Of a DNA stretch of 64,000 nt, positions 25,305 to 39,547 are shown piece after piece. The position numbers were made by a program, and so were the translations under genes. Each line of letters opens with the position of its first letter. Position 1 is the stretch's first letter. This DNA comes from Octopus vulgaris (taxonomy: Eukaryota). The stretch is from NCBI GenBank assembly GCA_951406725.2, contig OX597819.1:9486001-9550000 (forward strand), given 5' to 3'. The notes beneath the pieces were generated by a model, which did no database searches, was not told the DNA's origin, and worked only from the letters and a program-made list of their open reading frames with translations.

Positions 25305-26712
25305 TTAAACGAAGTTTTTTTTTAAATCTAAAATATATTCTCCATTTTCTACAATGCTCTTCCATCTAACTGGTAGTCTTGCAAGGCCCCTCTTCCAAAA
25401 TCCACTCGTCCGGGACGAAAAATACTCCTCCACATCTGTTCTGATCTCTTCTACAGCATTCATATTTTTTCCGTCCAAATGATCTTGAAGACTGCAGAAT
25501 AAATATTTCTTAACTACCCACAAGGGGCTAAACACAGAGGGGACAGACAAAGGGATAAAGTCGATTACATCGACTCCAGTACATAACTGGTACTTAATTT
25601 ATCGACCCCGAAAGGATGAAAGGCAAAGTCGACCTCGGCGGAATTTGAACTCGGAACGTAACGACAGACGAAATACGGCTTAGCATTTCGCCCGGCGTGC
25701 TAACGTTTCTGCCAGCTCGCCGCCTTTAGACTGCAGAATAAATGATAATCAGATGGGGAAATGTCCGGTGAATATGGTGGATGGAGCATCGTTCCCATTT
25801 TAACTGCGTCAGCCTTTGGAATGTCGTCCTCGCTGCTATGTAACCGATCATTGTCCTGATGGAAGAACACCTTTTGTCTTGATACCAAAGATGGTCGTTT
25901 TTCTTCAAGCGATAACTGAAGCCGGTCAAGCTGCTCGCAGTAGATCTTCGTTATCGTTTGATTTGGGTTTAAGACTTCAAAGTGGACTATACCTTTCATA
26001 TCCCACCAAACAGATAACAACACTTTACGTGGATGAAGACCTTCTTTAGCCTGGGGTGCCAGTGTTTCTTCCTTCCCTACCCACTGTCTTCGGCGCTTGA
26101 CATATTTATAGAGAACCCATTTCTTGTCACCACTGACAATTCGGTCCAAAAAAGGTTCATTTGTGAGACATGACAGCAAAGAACCCATTGACCCAATTTG
26201 CTGAATTTTCTGATGGCATGTAGGAGTCAATGAATGGTTGAATGACCAAATCCAGGCTTCTGCTAGTTCTTCAACTGTTACAATGGGATTTTGCTCCACC
26301 AGGGTTTGCAGGACGTCCTCATCGAGCTCTACAAATCTTCCAGGACGGGACCCGTCTTCTAAGCTGTAGTTTCCGACTCGGAACTTCTGGAACCACCGTT
26401 GACACTGGCTTACGCTTATTGTCCGATCCCCATATACTGCATTAATATTCTTCGCACTTTCCATTGCGTTGCTACCTTTATTGAATTCATAAAGCAAAAC
26501 AAGCCTATATGCTCCTTTGTCACTTCCGTTATAGCTTTGAAAAAATAACTGTTAAAATAGAACTGCATTATTTCAAAACTTGCACAAAGAATAAGAAGGT
26601 AAAATTACTACCTGCTTTTATTGAAAAGTTGATGTAGGTGGTTTATTCCGTCTTCCTTCGACTTTTAATTCATGCAGTTGAAAAAACCGCATTATTTATG
26701 GGATGACTCAAT
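25305..26712 (-). mobile_element. Mariner transposase pseudogene interrupted by a SINE
   Basis: HTH; FLDRIVSGDKKWVLY, KVLLSVWWD, FHQDN and HPPYSPDISPSDYHLF motifs; TIR-like end near 26681-26712; frameshifts. Confidence 0.9.
25505..25724 (-). mobile_element. SINE family B inserted in mariner
   Basis: TSD AGACTGCAGAATAAAT at 25489-25504 and 25728-25743. Confidence 0.9.
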
Positions 26713-26729
26713 ATAACAAACAAATAGAA

Positions 26730-27095
26730 AACAGACATATCAGTTATCGGCCAGAGTGTCAAACGCAATTTCGCGCCTAACGGTAATATTGATCCCTTCT
26801 GGTGGCACCAGCAACAAGAAGCTGTTGGGAAATGGGACCAAAACCTAACAGAACAAGAACGAACAAAGAGAAAATGGATAAGCATGCAGGACAGAAGTGG
26901 ACATACGAACATGAATAAATATGATTCAAGACGAAACTATGAGTGGACAGACATGGGGCAAAGACGAAATAAATAAACAGAATACGGCATTAAGGCCAGA
27001 TAGAAATGAAAGTTTGGATAACGCTAAGAAGAAACTCGTAATGGATTAGAAACAGAAGAACAACGGACAGCGAAACAGGTTGAAGTGGGAGACTG
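26730..27095. repeat. Diverged copy of unclassified repeat also at 41690-42060
   Basis: Shared AACGCAATTTCG, AATATTGAT, ATGGGACC, CATACGAA, GTGGACAGACA blocks. Confidence 0.6.
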
Positions 27096-27557
27096 GTGAA
27101 AATACGACCAGTTGCTTTCGACCCGCGAATCGCCCGTCAAAACTACCTGCTTTTGGTCTCTGTCAATCTCTCGTCTCTCGCATCGGTGTCCTTCTATCAA
27201 ATACTATTATCGTGGTGTGCCCATGAAGCTTTCTCTGGCTCACATTCTGTAAATTCTGCTGTGCTCCAGGATTCAGTTTTGTTCACGTCAACGATCTATG
27301 TACTGTCACCTTCAATAACACCCACTCCTACGTACATAATATAACCCTTAATTTCTCCCCAACCTTCAGCACATTGACTATTCACGCCAAATCTGCGTTA
27401 CTCCAAGAGGAAGCCACGGAAATATTCTCCTATAAAAATATTCATGTTCCCACAGCCAGTCTTGTTGGATCCTTTCAGCAGTAAAGTTATAATCACTGCA
27501 TATACCAAGAAAGCATTATTGCGCCTATTCTTTACCCGCCACAACTTCAACTGGGAT

Positions 27558-27942
27558 GGAAGCACTCCGTCGGTTACGACGACGAGGTTTCCGGTTGATC
27601 CGAATCAACGGAACAGCCTGCTCGTGAAATTAACGTGTAAGTGGCTGAGCACTCCATAGACACGTGCACCCTTAACGTAGTTCTCGGGGATATTCAGCGT
27701 GACACAGAGAGTGACAAGGCCGGCCCTTTGAAATACAGGTACAACAGAAACAGGAAGTAAGAGTGAGAGAAAGTTGTGGTGAAAGAGTACAGCAGGGATC
27801 ACCACCATCCCCTGCCGGAGCCTCGTGGAGCTTTTAGGTGTTTTCGCTCAATAAACACTCACAACGCCAGGTCTGGGAATCGAAACCGCGATCCTATGAC
27901 CGCGAGTCCACTGCCCTAACCACTGGGCCATTGCGCCTCCAC
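27558..27942 (-). mobile_element. SINE family C
   Basis: Full-length copy. Confidence 0.9.
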
Positions 27943-28104
27943 TACAAATTGCAACTAGAGTGCTCACATGTATGAGTATTCTAGTATCTAGTGATCCAGC
28001 ATGGCAGGGGTTCAGTGACAGAAACCATTAAAATATTTTAAGAATTCCATGAGAAAAAGATCTTATGAACCAATAATAAGGAAATGTTCTATATATCAAA
28101 ACTG

Positions 28105-28300
28105 GGGAGCCGGCAGAATCGTTAGGATGCTTAGCGGCATTTCATTCGTCTTTATGTTCTGAGATCAAATTTCGCCGAAGTCGACTTTATCTTTCATCAT
28201 TTCGGGGTCGATAAAATTAGTACCAGTTGAGTACAAGGGTCGATGTATTCGACAATCCCCTCCTTCGAAATTACTAGCCTAGTGCTAAAATTTGAAATCA
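28105..28300 (+). mobile_element. Old SINE family B-related copy
   Basis: Diverged core. Confidence 0.7.
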
Positions 28301-28657
28301 AAATTAAAAATGAAGTCCCTTGTGGACGTGACTAACAGACTGTAAAACACTCAAACACTTAGCCGATTTTTCATTGTTCTTAGCGGCCAAAGTTCATTGT
28401 TTAGACTCTACTTCCGACTAATATAAGTGCCTTAAATGTACTGCATTTCCGGTTGAAGGATTATGATCGTGTCCGAATATAGGCTTTACACTGGTTCTTT
28501 CCTGAGATATTTAACTTAACCGGCAGTGGTTATGCGCTAAATGCTAAGTGGACAAAGGTAAGTAAATATATATTCCACTTAGTAAATATATATAATTATT
28601 CTACCACACATGTGTGTATGTATGCATATATATGTGTGCGTGTATACATACATTCAT

Positions 28658-28738
<81 letters not shown>

Positions 28739-28921
28739 CAGAGAGATAGTTAGATAAATGGATATAGATATATATACATCCACACACACACCATATCTAT
28801 ATATATATAATACATATCTCTACATATATATAAATACACACACACACACACACTCACACACAAATACACACAAGTATTTATACATATAAAGTAAACATTA
28901 TATCTATGTATGTATGTGTAT

Positions 28922-28958
<37 letters not shown>

Positions 28959-29132
28959 CTTATACATGCATATATTTATATATATATATATGTATGTTTG
29001 TATGTATGTATGCATATGTGTGTGTGTGTATGTGTGTGTGTAGAAGGTTGAAAAGGAACACACGAGTTGATATGTATAAGGAAAATAAGACAAGGTAGAA
29101 AATGCTAAAATAATTTTATCATGAAGAACATT

Positions 29133-29170
29133 TTAGTACCGGTTTCAGTCATTGAGACTTTTTCAACATA
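29133..29170 (-). ncRNA. Minimal hammerhead with U3-A8 compensatory core (weak stem I)
   Basis: G-UUGAAAA-AGUC UCAAU GACU-GAAA-CCGG-UA-C in a microsatellite-flanked element (about 29040-29460). Confidence 0.5.
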
Positions 29171-29461
29171 GAGTAAAGCATGAAAAACAATTAAATTTTG
29201 GAAAAAGGAAATGAAATATTTTAAAAAATATTTCCATAGTTTTCAAATGCAAGGGACCTTTCTACATTTTTCTGTCTGTCTTTCTCTCTTTTTTACCCTT
29301 GTGACGGCTTGTGAAGGTAGTAGGTAGTAGCAGTCCTACATAAATATTTAATATGAGTCCTTGGCTTTGATTGTTTAAGCAGTAGTATAAGCCGAGGAAG
29401 GAGGCGAAGAAGAAGAAGAAGAAAAAGGATGAGGAAGAGGAGAAAAAGAAGAGAAAGTATA

Positions 29462-29501
<40 letters not shown>

Positions 29502-29651
29502 CTGTACATAGGTGCTACTTTGGTGTGTGATCTACAAGGGAGATTACTTTAGGTTACTTTTTAGTTTACTTTTGTGTTGGTGCTACTTCTGTGATCTACG
29601 TAAGCGAATTCATTTTGGTAAGTGATCTACGTGTTTATTTCAATTATTATA

Positions 29652-30035
29652 TCTTTATATATAAAAGTGAGGTTGTGTGCTGTCTGTCTCCTACGATTTA
29701 GATTCCTAACTACTCCCACATTTTGCGGTGCAGTTTAACCAAAACCGGGTATCTTATAGTCGTGATTCATATCGAGCCCTTCTGGGTATTAGCGCGCGTC
29801 TACGATTTAAAAAAAAATTTACCATCAATTTTTCCCATTTTTAATGCATTTTTGGCATATATAAGGGAAGTAACTCTCTAAAAATTTATTATTAAATCTC
29901 AGAACGTAAAAAGCTACAGTAACACCCCCCCTTGTGGTTAGCCATCTCGAGATGGCTATTATACTTTACATCTCTAAAAATGCTTATATAGTTATTTCCC
30001 TTACAAACCCGAGCAACGCCGGGCGATACTGCTAG
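29652..30035 (+). mobile_element. Non-autonomous Helitron family D
   Basis: A|TC ... CTAG|T. Confidence 0.85.
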
Positions 30036-30383
30036 TGGTTATTAAAATAGTAAATAATTTAAAAAGTAACTTAAAGCAATATCCCTTGTAAATCACACGC
30101 CAAAGTAGCACATATATATACATATAATGTTATTTCTTTAATTAAAGCATAATGTTTTAAAGTATATACTGCTTCCTATGTATATTTCGTCTGAGGGGTT
30201 ATGTCTTTCGAAAAGGAAAATAAGGTGTTTTGATTGTCAATACTCGACAGTTGCCTTTTCAATGAAACCTATATTACTTTATATTCTTTTAGCTCTATTT
30301 AATGAGCGGTAATTTTAGTTCTGTATAGGAAATTCATTTCCTTCTATTTTCTTCTTATATATACATTATATAAATATATTTAT

Positions 30384-30641
<258 letters not shown>

Positions 30642-31135
30642 TATGTATATATGTATATATGCATATATACATACATACATGTACATAGATATATATTTAT
30701 GTATATATGCATATATGGGTACAGGGCGTCAAAATAACGTGAACAAAATGAAAAACGAGAACATAAAAAATAAAACATGGAAAACAAACTTTTTTCGGAA
30801 AACGAAAGAAACAAATAGAGAAACAAGACAAGCAATATAAAAAACAATCCCTTCATCAGTTGTCTACTCCGCGTTTCGTAGGCTGGGACAAGACGTGACT
30901 TCGTTAAAACAGTCCTTCCCGCAAAGAAAATTAAATAAAATTTGGGATTTTTGCGGAGGGTTAAAGTGGTAACAAAAACAGAACAGTAAGAGCAAAACAG
31001 TAAACGGTGAAGTGGTGAATGGTGGAGAAAGGAGCTGTGACAAGCAAAAGTAGATCTTATTTCTTGTAAAACGACAGGAAAAAAGAACAATAGCCGTTGG
31101 ACACGTGTGACAAACGTGAGAGTCAAGGAGGAAAT

Positions 31136-31171
<36 letters not shown>

Positions 31172-31313
31172 AAAGAGAACGGTGAAAGGGAGGAGAAGGA
31201 AAATAGAAAGAAAGAAAGAAGAATAGTGATAAAGGGAGAATAGAGAGTGTAGAGTGCGCATCTGAATTATTAAGATAAAACTTACTTGGAAATGGATGCG
31301 TGACGTTCGGGCG

Positions 31314-31449
<136 letters not shown>

Positions 31450-31934
31450 TGTGTGTGTGTGCGCACGACTGTTTACAGAATCCACTCAGCAGTTAGTATA
31501 TACAGACATGGAACGCTTTCATATCTGAGTTTCTCGATAGTGATATCTTTGATACTCGTCATCGTCTCAATTGTTGCAAGCATATCTAATAGAACTTTTT
31601 TTACCGTTCAATAGGAGTGACATACTAGCCTTAATTTGAGACGTATAAATAAAAATGTATATATATGCTCGTTCACTATATTTCTGTTACTTTATCACAT
31701 TACCTCTCTAATCTCATGTCCTCTGAATTACGCATGTTATATCTTCCCCACTTTTTCTTTTCCATCTCTATATTTAACTGTCAAGTTATAAATACCTTTC
31801 TTATAAGCTGCTTACTCCCAACCAGTCGGTTTCCCACCCACGTAGTTATCTATCTCATGTAATAGTCTTCATATATTCTTTCCTCTATTTCACCTCTCTC
31901 ACCTCAGTAACCTTTTTTCAGTATTAAGTTTATA

Positions 31935-31977
<43 letters not shown>

Positions 31978-32244
31978 ACGTACGTACGTATGTATGTATC
32001 TATGTATATACTTACATTTACGTTAACATAATTTGTTGGGGATGAATAAAATCAGTTACAGAATTCTTATTTAATCAGCATTTATAATTTTAAATATCTC
32101 TACATCACCCTGTTGACAGTTTTGAGTTCTTAATATTCGTTCTTACAATGTACTTCTGTACAGTAACTTGATTACACATGTATATAGATATGTGTTTGTG
32201 TGTGCGTGGTCGCGTGCGTAAATTCTCTGTGTGTATGTCTATGT

Positions 32245-35025
32245 CCTTCGTGGCTTGGCTTCGCTGACGAACATTAGGAAGTCTGTTGTTCACGTCGTCT
32301 GCACGGTCGTTCGTGGCTGATAAGGCCGACGTGGAATCGACACATCCAATTGCAATGATGACAGAGGTATGGTTGTCCAGAGTCTGATGATGCAGCTGCA
32401 TTATTTTTTCCGTTTCTAACGAGAGGCACTGAGAGAGAGCTGAAAGGAGGAAACAACATCGCTGATGATATGGCGCCAAACAACACGGTCAGCTGTTAGA
32501 GTGGACCACTCTCGATAATCAATGTTACAAACGCTAAGGGACTGCTTCAGGCAGTCCTTGTAACGCTTCTTTGGTGCCCCCTGTTGCAGTGGCCAGTGGT
32601 GAGCTCACCGTACCTGATGATCTTGGGTAGGCGGTGGTCTTTCATCCTGTCAACATGTCCTACCTAACGTAGTCGTGTCTCAAATAAAGTGGTTTCCAGG
32701 CTAGTGACCTTTGCTTGCTTCAGGACTTCAGTGTTGGTGATGTAGTTGCTCCAGTAAATGTTAAGCATGGTACGAAGGCAGCGTTGTTGACAACTTCAAG
32801 GAGCCTAAGCTGACAGAGGTAGGGGACCAAGGGCTCAGAGCCATAGACTCTAACTTTTGTACTAATCTTAAGATGCTTATTATTCCATATTCGCTTGTGC
32901 AGTTTGCGAAACACTTTGTTTGCTTTGTCAATTTCTAAGTCGAAATTCGCATCTAATGAAATGGTACATCCAAGATAAGTGAACTTCTGAATCGACTTCA
33001 GTTCTGTTTGAGCAACGGTGATTTGTGACATCCTCTACTCTTCCTGAGGAGCTGGTTGGTGTAGGACTTCAGTCTTTTTCAAGCTTACTTCCAGCCCTAA
33101 GAGCTGGGCGGCCCCTGCAAAGCAGGATGTGATGCGCTGCAGGGCTCTTTCTCTGTGTGCGACAAGTGCGGCATCACCTGCAAAGAGGAGGTCCTAGATC
33201 AATTGCTCTTGAGTCTTGGTGCGGGCCTGTAGGCGCTGGGGATTGAAAAGACTGTCGTCCAGACGGTACATGATTTAGACGCCTGCTCACAGTGTCGAAC
33301 GCTTTTGTCAGATCGACAAATGTTACATACATTGGTTTCTTTTGCTCCCGGTACTTTTCTTGGAGCTGCCTGAGAACGAAAACCATATCTGTTGTGCTCC
33401 TGTTGATTCTGAAACCACATTGGCTTTCTGGAAGATGGATGTTCGGCGATGGACAGAACAAGTCTGTTGAGGAGCAATCTTGCTGGAACTTTTCCTGCAG
33501 TGTAAAGCAGGGTGATCCCCCAGTAGTTTGAGCAGTCTAGCTTTTCCTATTAGTTTTTGTATAGCGTAATGATGACAGCATTACGGAGATCTTGTGGCAG
33601 CTTGCCCTGTTCCCAGCATGCAACGAGGAGCTCAAGGAGTTTAGCATGCGTGACAGGACCCCTCTGCTTCCATATATCTGATAGCATGCCATCGACTGCT
33701 GCTGCCTTTCTACTCTTCAGCCAGCCTATGGCAACTGTGGTCTCTTTCAGGGTTGGAGGCTCACCTAATTCTACTCTGCTGGATGTGGAGGATTGCATTT
33801 TCCTGGACAACTCGGTTTGCACTGAAGTGGGCCTCAAAGTATTCAGGTCAGCGGTTGAGGATGGATGCTGTGTCTGTGAGAGGCGCCTGGCCATATGAGC
33901 TGTGCAAGGGACTCCGGACTTGATGTGCTGGGCTGTAGACTGCTTTGAGAGCTTCAAAGAACCACCTGTAGTTGCCAGAGCCAGCACACAGCTCGGTTCT
34001 CCGTGCGAGGTTGGTCCACCACTCATTCTGAACTTCACGGAGCTTGCGCTCCAGAAAGCTGCAGGCTTGGCGAAAGGCCCGTTTCTTTTCTTGGCAGGTT
34101 GGTTGTGCCAAGTGTACTTGGTGGACAGACATCTTTAAGAATTCATGAATCAGCACTTCATTTTCGCCAAATCAATCCTTTTTCTTTTTCTTCGTAAACC
34201 AGGATTTCTGCTGAGGTCTGTAGGATGGCGGTTTTCAGTTGTTCCCATAGAATTTCTGGAGAGGGATCTGAGGGGCGATTGGATTTGTCAAGCTTTGCCT
34301 GTAGTCCTTCCTTGAAGTTTACTTTCACTTTGTTTATCCGTAGATCGCTAGTTTTGATTTTCTTGTTGGCCGGTCCTGTCTTTTTTTTTTTTTTCTTGGT
34401 TTGGGCTTGAATTGGGGTTTGAGTTTGCAATGGACCAGGTGTTGGTCTATATAGTATTCTGCGCTAGACATCACTCTCGTGTGCATGGCATCACACTGGT
34501 CTCGTTGGTGCACTAGGATATAGTCAAGGAGGTGCCAGTGTTTTGACTGGGAGTGCATCTAAGTTGTTTTCAGACTCTCTTTGCTGGAAGATAGTATTTG
34601 TGATGACGAGTTGATGTTCGATGCTAATCTCAAGCAAGAGTCACCCGTTGTCGTTGCAGTTCCCAACATCATGCTTTCCGAGGACTCGTTTCTGAATATC
34701 GGCCCACTCTGGCGTTGAAATCTCCAAGGATTATGACTTTATCATCTCTGAGTCAACACCAGTAGACCAATGTCCCGAACCGCCTGGATGCAGGCTGGGA
34801 GCGGCGGCTTCCAGTGACATCTTCCGCCGGCTATTTTCGCCCCCTTCCCATCGTTACAGGGGTTTAAAATTTGTGGTCGTGGACGTGGACAGGTCCTTCG
34901 GCCTGCGCGATGAAGTTTTAAGATGAAGTGCAGTCTGCGCAGAACTGACCCCACCTTTTACACCTGGGGCTCCCGTGGCCCAGCAAGCTGGGACGATGAC
35001 AGAGAGGTCATCGTGTCGTAGGTTG
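32245..35025 (-). mobile_element. RTE (BovB-like) LINE relic, near full span with internal deletions
   Basis: GC-rich 5' UTR; SKHWHLLDYIL (APE); LPESQCGFR..STTDMVF..FVDLTKAFDTV and FTYLG (RT); 3' end TTCGTCAGCGAAGCCAAGCC. Confidence 0.9.
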
Positions 35026-35110
35026 TATATATATATATGCTAGATGTGTCAAAATAATTGTCGTGGTTAATAATAAATTCCTGTGTATTCCATCTTCCGT
35101 CTTTCATTTT

Positions 35111-35167
<57 letters not shown>

Positions 35168-35349
35168 AATTGTGATAGGGGTTGTAAATGCAACCCTCCA
35201 TGGGATAACATATATCCAATATACTGCTAGTGAAGTACCCAACAAAGTTAATACATAAATGTTAATAATTGCGATGCAATTAATTCACTTACTGTATTAT
35301 ATGGGCAAAGGTAAAATGTTTTACCAAAAATTCATAATACAAAATAAGA

Positions 35350-35677
35350 AAATGGAGAAATACATCCAAATCAAATATCGATTACCAGATAATACTCAAT
35401 CACATACTTTATTAAACCACCACATAAGAAACTTTAAGGTCAAACATAATAAAGTAGAACAAAATAGTGTACATAAAGGAGTGTACATAAAGGAGTAAAG
35501 TTATATTGTACTTACAATATAACATTACTCCTTTATGTACACTCCTTTATGTACACTATTTTGTTCTACTTTATTATGTTTAGTCCTTACAGTTTCTTAT
35601 GTGGTGGTTTAATAAAGTATGTGATTGAGTATTATCTGGTAATCGATATTTGATTTAGATGTATTTCTCCATTTTAT
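35350..35677. repeat. About 160-bp-arm near-perfect palindrome in a (TA)n-flanked element
   Basis: Arms reverse-complementary around about 35511; internal 14-bp tandem duplicated in both arms. Confidence 0.9.
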
Positions 35678-35726
35678 ATATATTATATATATATATATAT
35701 TTATACAGACATACATACATACACAC

Positions 35727-35768
<42 letters not shown>

Positions 35769-35820
35769 GTATGTATGTATATATATGTGATATATATATA
35801 TCTACATATATATATATATC

Positions 35821-35874
<54 letters not shown>

Positions 35875-35914
35875 CATACATATATATACATATATATATA
35901 TACATATATATATG

Positions 35915-35954
<40 letters not shown>

Positions 35955-36024
35955 TGAAATTTATAGAAAAACAAAAGACGAAGACAGATGTATGCATACA
36001 CATACGTATATATGCATATATATA

Positions 36025-36098
<74 letters not shown>

Positions 36099-36549
36099 GA
36101 TCTGGAGAGAGTGAGAAAGCGATTCATCTTATCTAACGTTAGCAAAAGCAATCAATGCGCGTAACACGAGAGTGTGGCTTGATACTGCGTATATCCGTTT
36201 TCGCTTCCTTTGAATCACAGATAGGGAAGCTGAAAAGTGAAGAACACTTCCGACTGTGAAGATTAACAGTTTCCTCTTGTTCATTTCACTGCATCTGCAT
36301 TTATGAGGCTGGGCTAATAACACCATTAATCACCACTGCATACACTGTTTGAGTGGGCGACACCTGAGGCACTGACAAAAGAATACACATGCACCCATCA
36401 CCATCACCATCACCATCACCATCACCATCACAACTACTAGTGGCTACCATCGATATTGACATCATTATCGGCATCAACATCATCGTTATTTTTTCATCGA
36501 TTCTTATAACGAAACTGATGATGAGGTTGAGGAGGAGGAGGAGGAGGAG

Positions 36550-36618
36550 GATAATGATGATGATGACGATGATGATGATGACGATGATGATGATGATGAC
36601 GATGATGACGATGATGAC

Positions 36619-36657
<39 letters not shown>

Positions 36658-36734
36658 GACGATGATGGTGGTTGTGGTGATAATGATGATGATGATGATG
36701 ATGATGATGACGATGATGACGATGATGGTGGTGG

Positions 36735-36766
<32 letters not shown>

Positions 36767-36770
36767 GTGG

Positions 36771-36802
<32 letters not shown>

Positions 36803-37051
36803 GTGGTGATGATGATGATGATGATGATCTTTACTGTCGTCATTGTTACCATCTTCATCGGAATACTCATTAACATGAACATTATCCATATCGTTATCAT
36901 CACATTCCTAATCATCATCATCATCATCCTCATCATCATCACCATCATCATTGTCGTCATCGTCGTTGTCATCATCATCATCATCACCATCATCATTGTC
37001 GTCATCGTCGTTGTCATCATCATCATCATCATTACCATCATCGTCATCATT

Positions 37052-37086
<35 letters not shown>

Positions 37087-37097
37087 TACCATCATCG

Positions 37098-37128
<31 letters not shown>

Positions 37129-37248
37129 TGTCATCATCATCATCATTACCATCATCGTCATCATCATCATCATCGTCATCATCATCATCGTTGTCATCAT
37201 TGTCATCATCATCATCATTACCATCATCATCATCGTCATCATCATTAC

Positions 37249-37287
<39 letters not shown>

Positions 37288-37350
37288 TACCATCATCGTC
37301 ATCATTACCATCGGTTTCGTTGTTATAAGCATCGCCGTCATCACCATCAA
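36550..37350. repeat. (GAT)n followed by inverted (ATC)n cryptic microsatellite
   Basis: Direct reading. Confidence 0.95.
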
Positions 37351-37696
37351 CCATCCTTCCGTTATTCATCAACTACTAACACCATCACCACTATCATCAC
37401 CACTACAACAACAACAACGACAACTACAACTACAACAACAACAACAACATCAATGACAAAAAGTCCAGCTGCACTAACAGGCATAACTAATGAAAACATC
37501 CGTAACTAATGCCACCACTAGATCTAAGTATATCTTGACATGACAGATCGACAAATTAGTTTATTCAGTTGAAATTATTGAGGTTCATTTATTACCTGTT
37601 ACCTCACCACCACCACCACCACCACCACCACCACCGCCACCACTAACCCCTCGTTGCACATATGAGAACCATTGCTAGATCGGTATGCAAACCATG

Positions 37697-37927
37697 AGGC
37701 GGCGAACTAGCAGAAACGTTAGCACGCCGGGCGAAATGCTTAGCGGTATTTCGTCTGCCGTTACGTTGTGAGTTCAAATTCCGCCACGGTCGACTTTGCC
37801 TTTCATCCTTTCGGGATCGATAAATTAAGTACCAGTTACGCACTGGGGTCGATGTAATCGACTTAATACCTATGTCTGTCCTTGTTTGTCCCCTCTGTGT
37901 TTAGCCCCTTGTGGGTAGTAAAGCAAT
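37697..37927 (+). mobile_element. SINE family B
   Basis: Imperfect TSD GGTAT..AAACCAT. Confidence 0.9.
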
Positions 37928-38040
37928 AGGTATATAAACCATTATCGGAGCATCTTTTTCATCGGACAAAATATAATTTCTAACACAGGCACAAGGCCGA
38001 GAAGATTTTTTCTTCACAAACCTTGTCTATTTTGGCAGTA

Positions 38041-38090
<50 letters not shown>

Positions 38091-38099
38091 CTGTGTGTA

Positions 38100-38157
<58 letters not shown>

Positions 38158-38424
38158 TGTGTGTTTGTGTGTGTTTGTGTGTTTGTGTGTGTGTGTGTTT
38201 GTGTGCGTGCGTGCGTGCGTAAATGGCAGGATCTACATAAACTCATATTTCTAAACCGCTCACTTCTGCTGGTGAGCTTTCCTACCAGAAATATATATAA
38301 AGGTTACTTAACTTTCTCTTTTCGCATTGTTAGAAGCTCTCCATCTTCGTTATTTGTTATTTTACTTCTGTATTACAATGCTTCAAGCAAACTACGACTC
38401 TTTACCTTCTTATAAGTATATATA

Positions 38425-38905
<481 letters not shown>

Positions 38906-38920
38906 TATATATATACATAT

Positions 38921-39275
38921 ACAAGAGCATGAGGACGACCTTATCGTCATTTCAAGAGGGATATGAAGTCGCTTGATCTGGCTGTCCTGAGATGAGAGGT
39001 CGCACATGATCGCCCACACTGGAGACAAATACTGCAAAAGGAGATGAGCGAGGGGAAGAAAAACTGGAACTCGCCACCGAAGAAAAGCGCACTCGACGGA
39101 AGGAAAAACCAGTGGCGCCGGCAGAGAGATCCTTCAAATGCAGCCGTTGTATGCGGTACTGCCACTTCCGTGTAGACCTGTACAGCCACAACAGACGCTG
39201 CACCACCATCTGCAGTTGACGCGATTACTTCTGGCGCAGATCCATGGTCTCTCGAAACCGACGGATGCCTGCTAC
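38921..39275 (+). mobile_element. RTE 3' fragment, same family as 9405-11944
   Basis: Aligns by eye to 11572-11940. Confidence 0.85.
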
Positions 39276-39291
39276 TATATATATATATATA

Positions 39292-39450
39292 GATCTTTTC
39301 TTCTCCTATGTTTCCGACGAAGAGCTCCGCTCGAAACGTTAAACCCTCCTTCTTCCCTTCTTTCCTGAGCGTCCAATAATACCCTTTATTTGTTCCACGT
39401 CCTCGCGTTGTTGTGTTTTTTTGTTTCTTTGTGTTTTCTTGTTTGGATTA

Positions 39451-39455
<5 letters not shown>
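39292..39455 (+). mobile_element. Family E pLTR-like element with hammerhead at 39310-39344
   Basis: Identical CCGACGA core; (TA)n flanks. Confidence 0.7.
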
Positions 39456-39527
<72 letters not shown>

Positions 39528-39547
39528 GTTTATATATATATAATATA

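Noticed and set aside
30850-30885. GAAACGCG..CTGATGA on minus as a permuted hammerhead
   Set aside because: Stems and cleavage triplet do not close.
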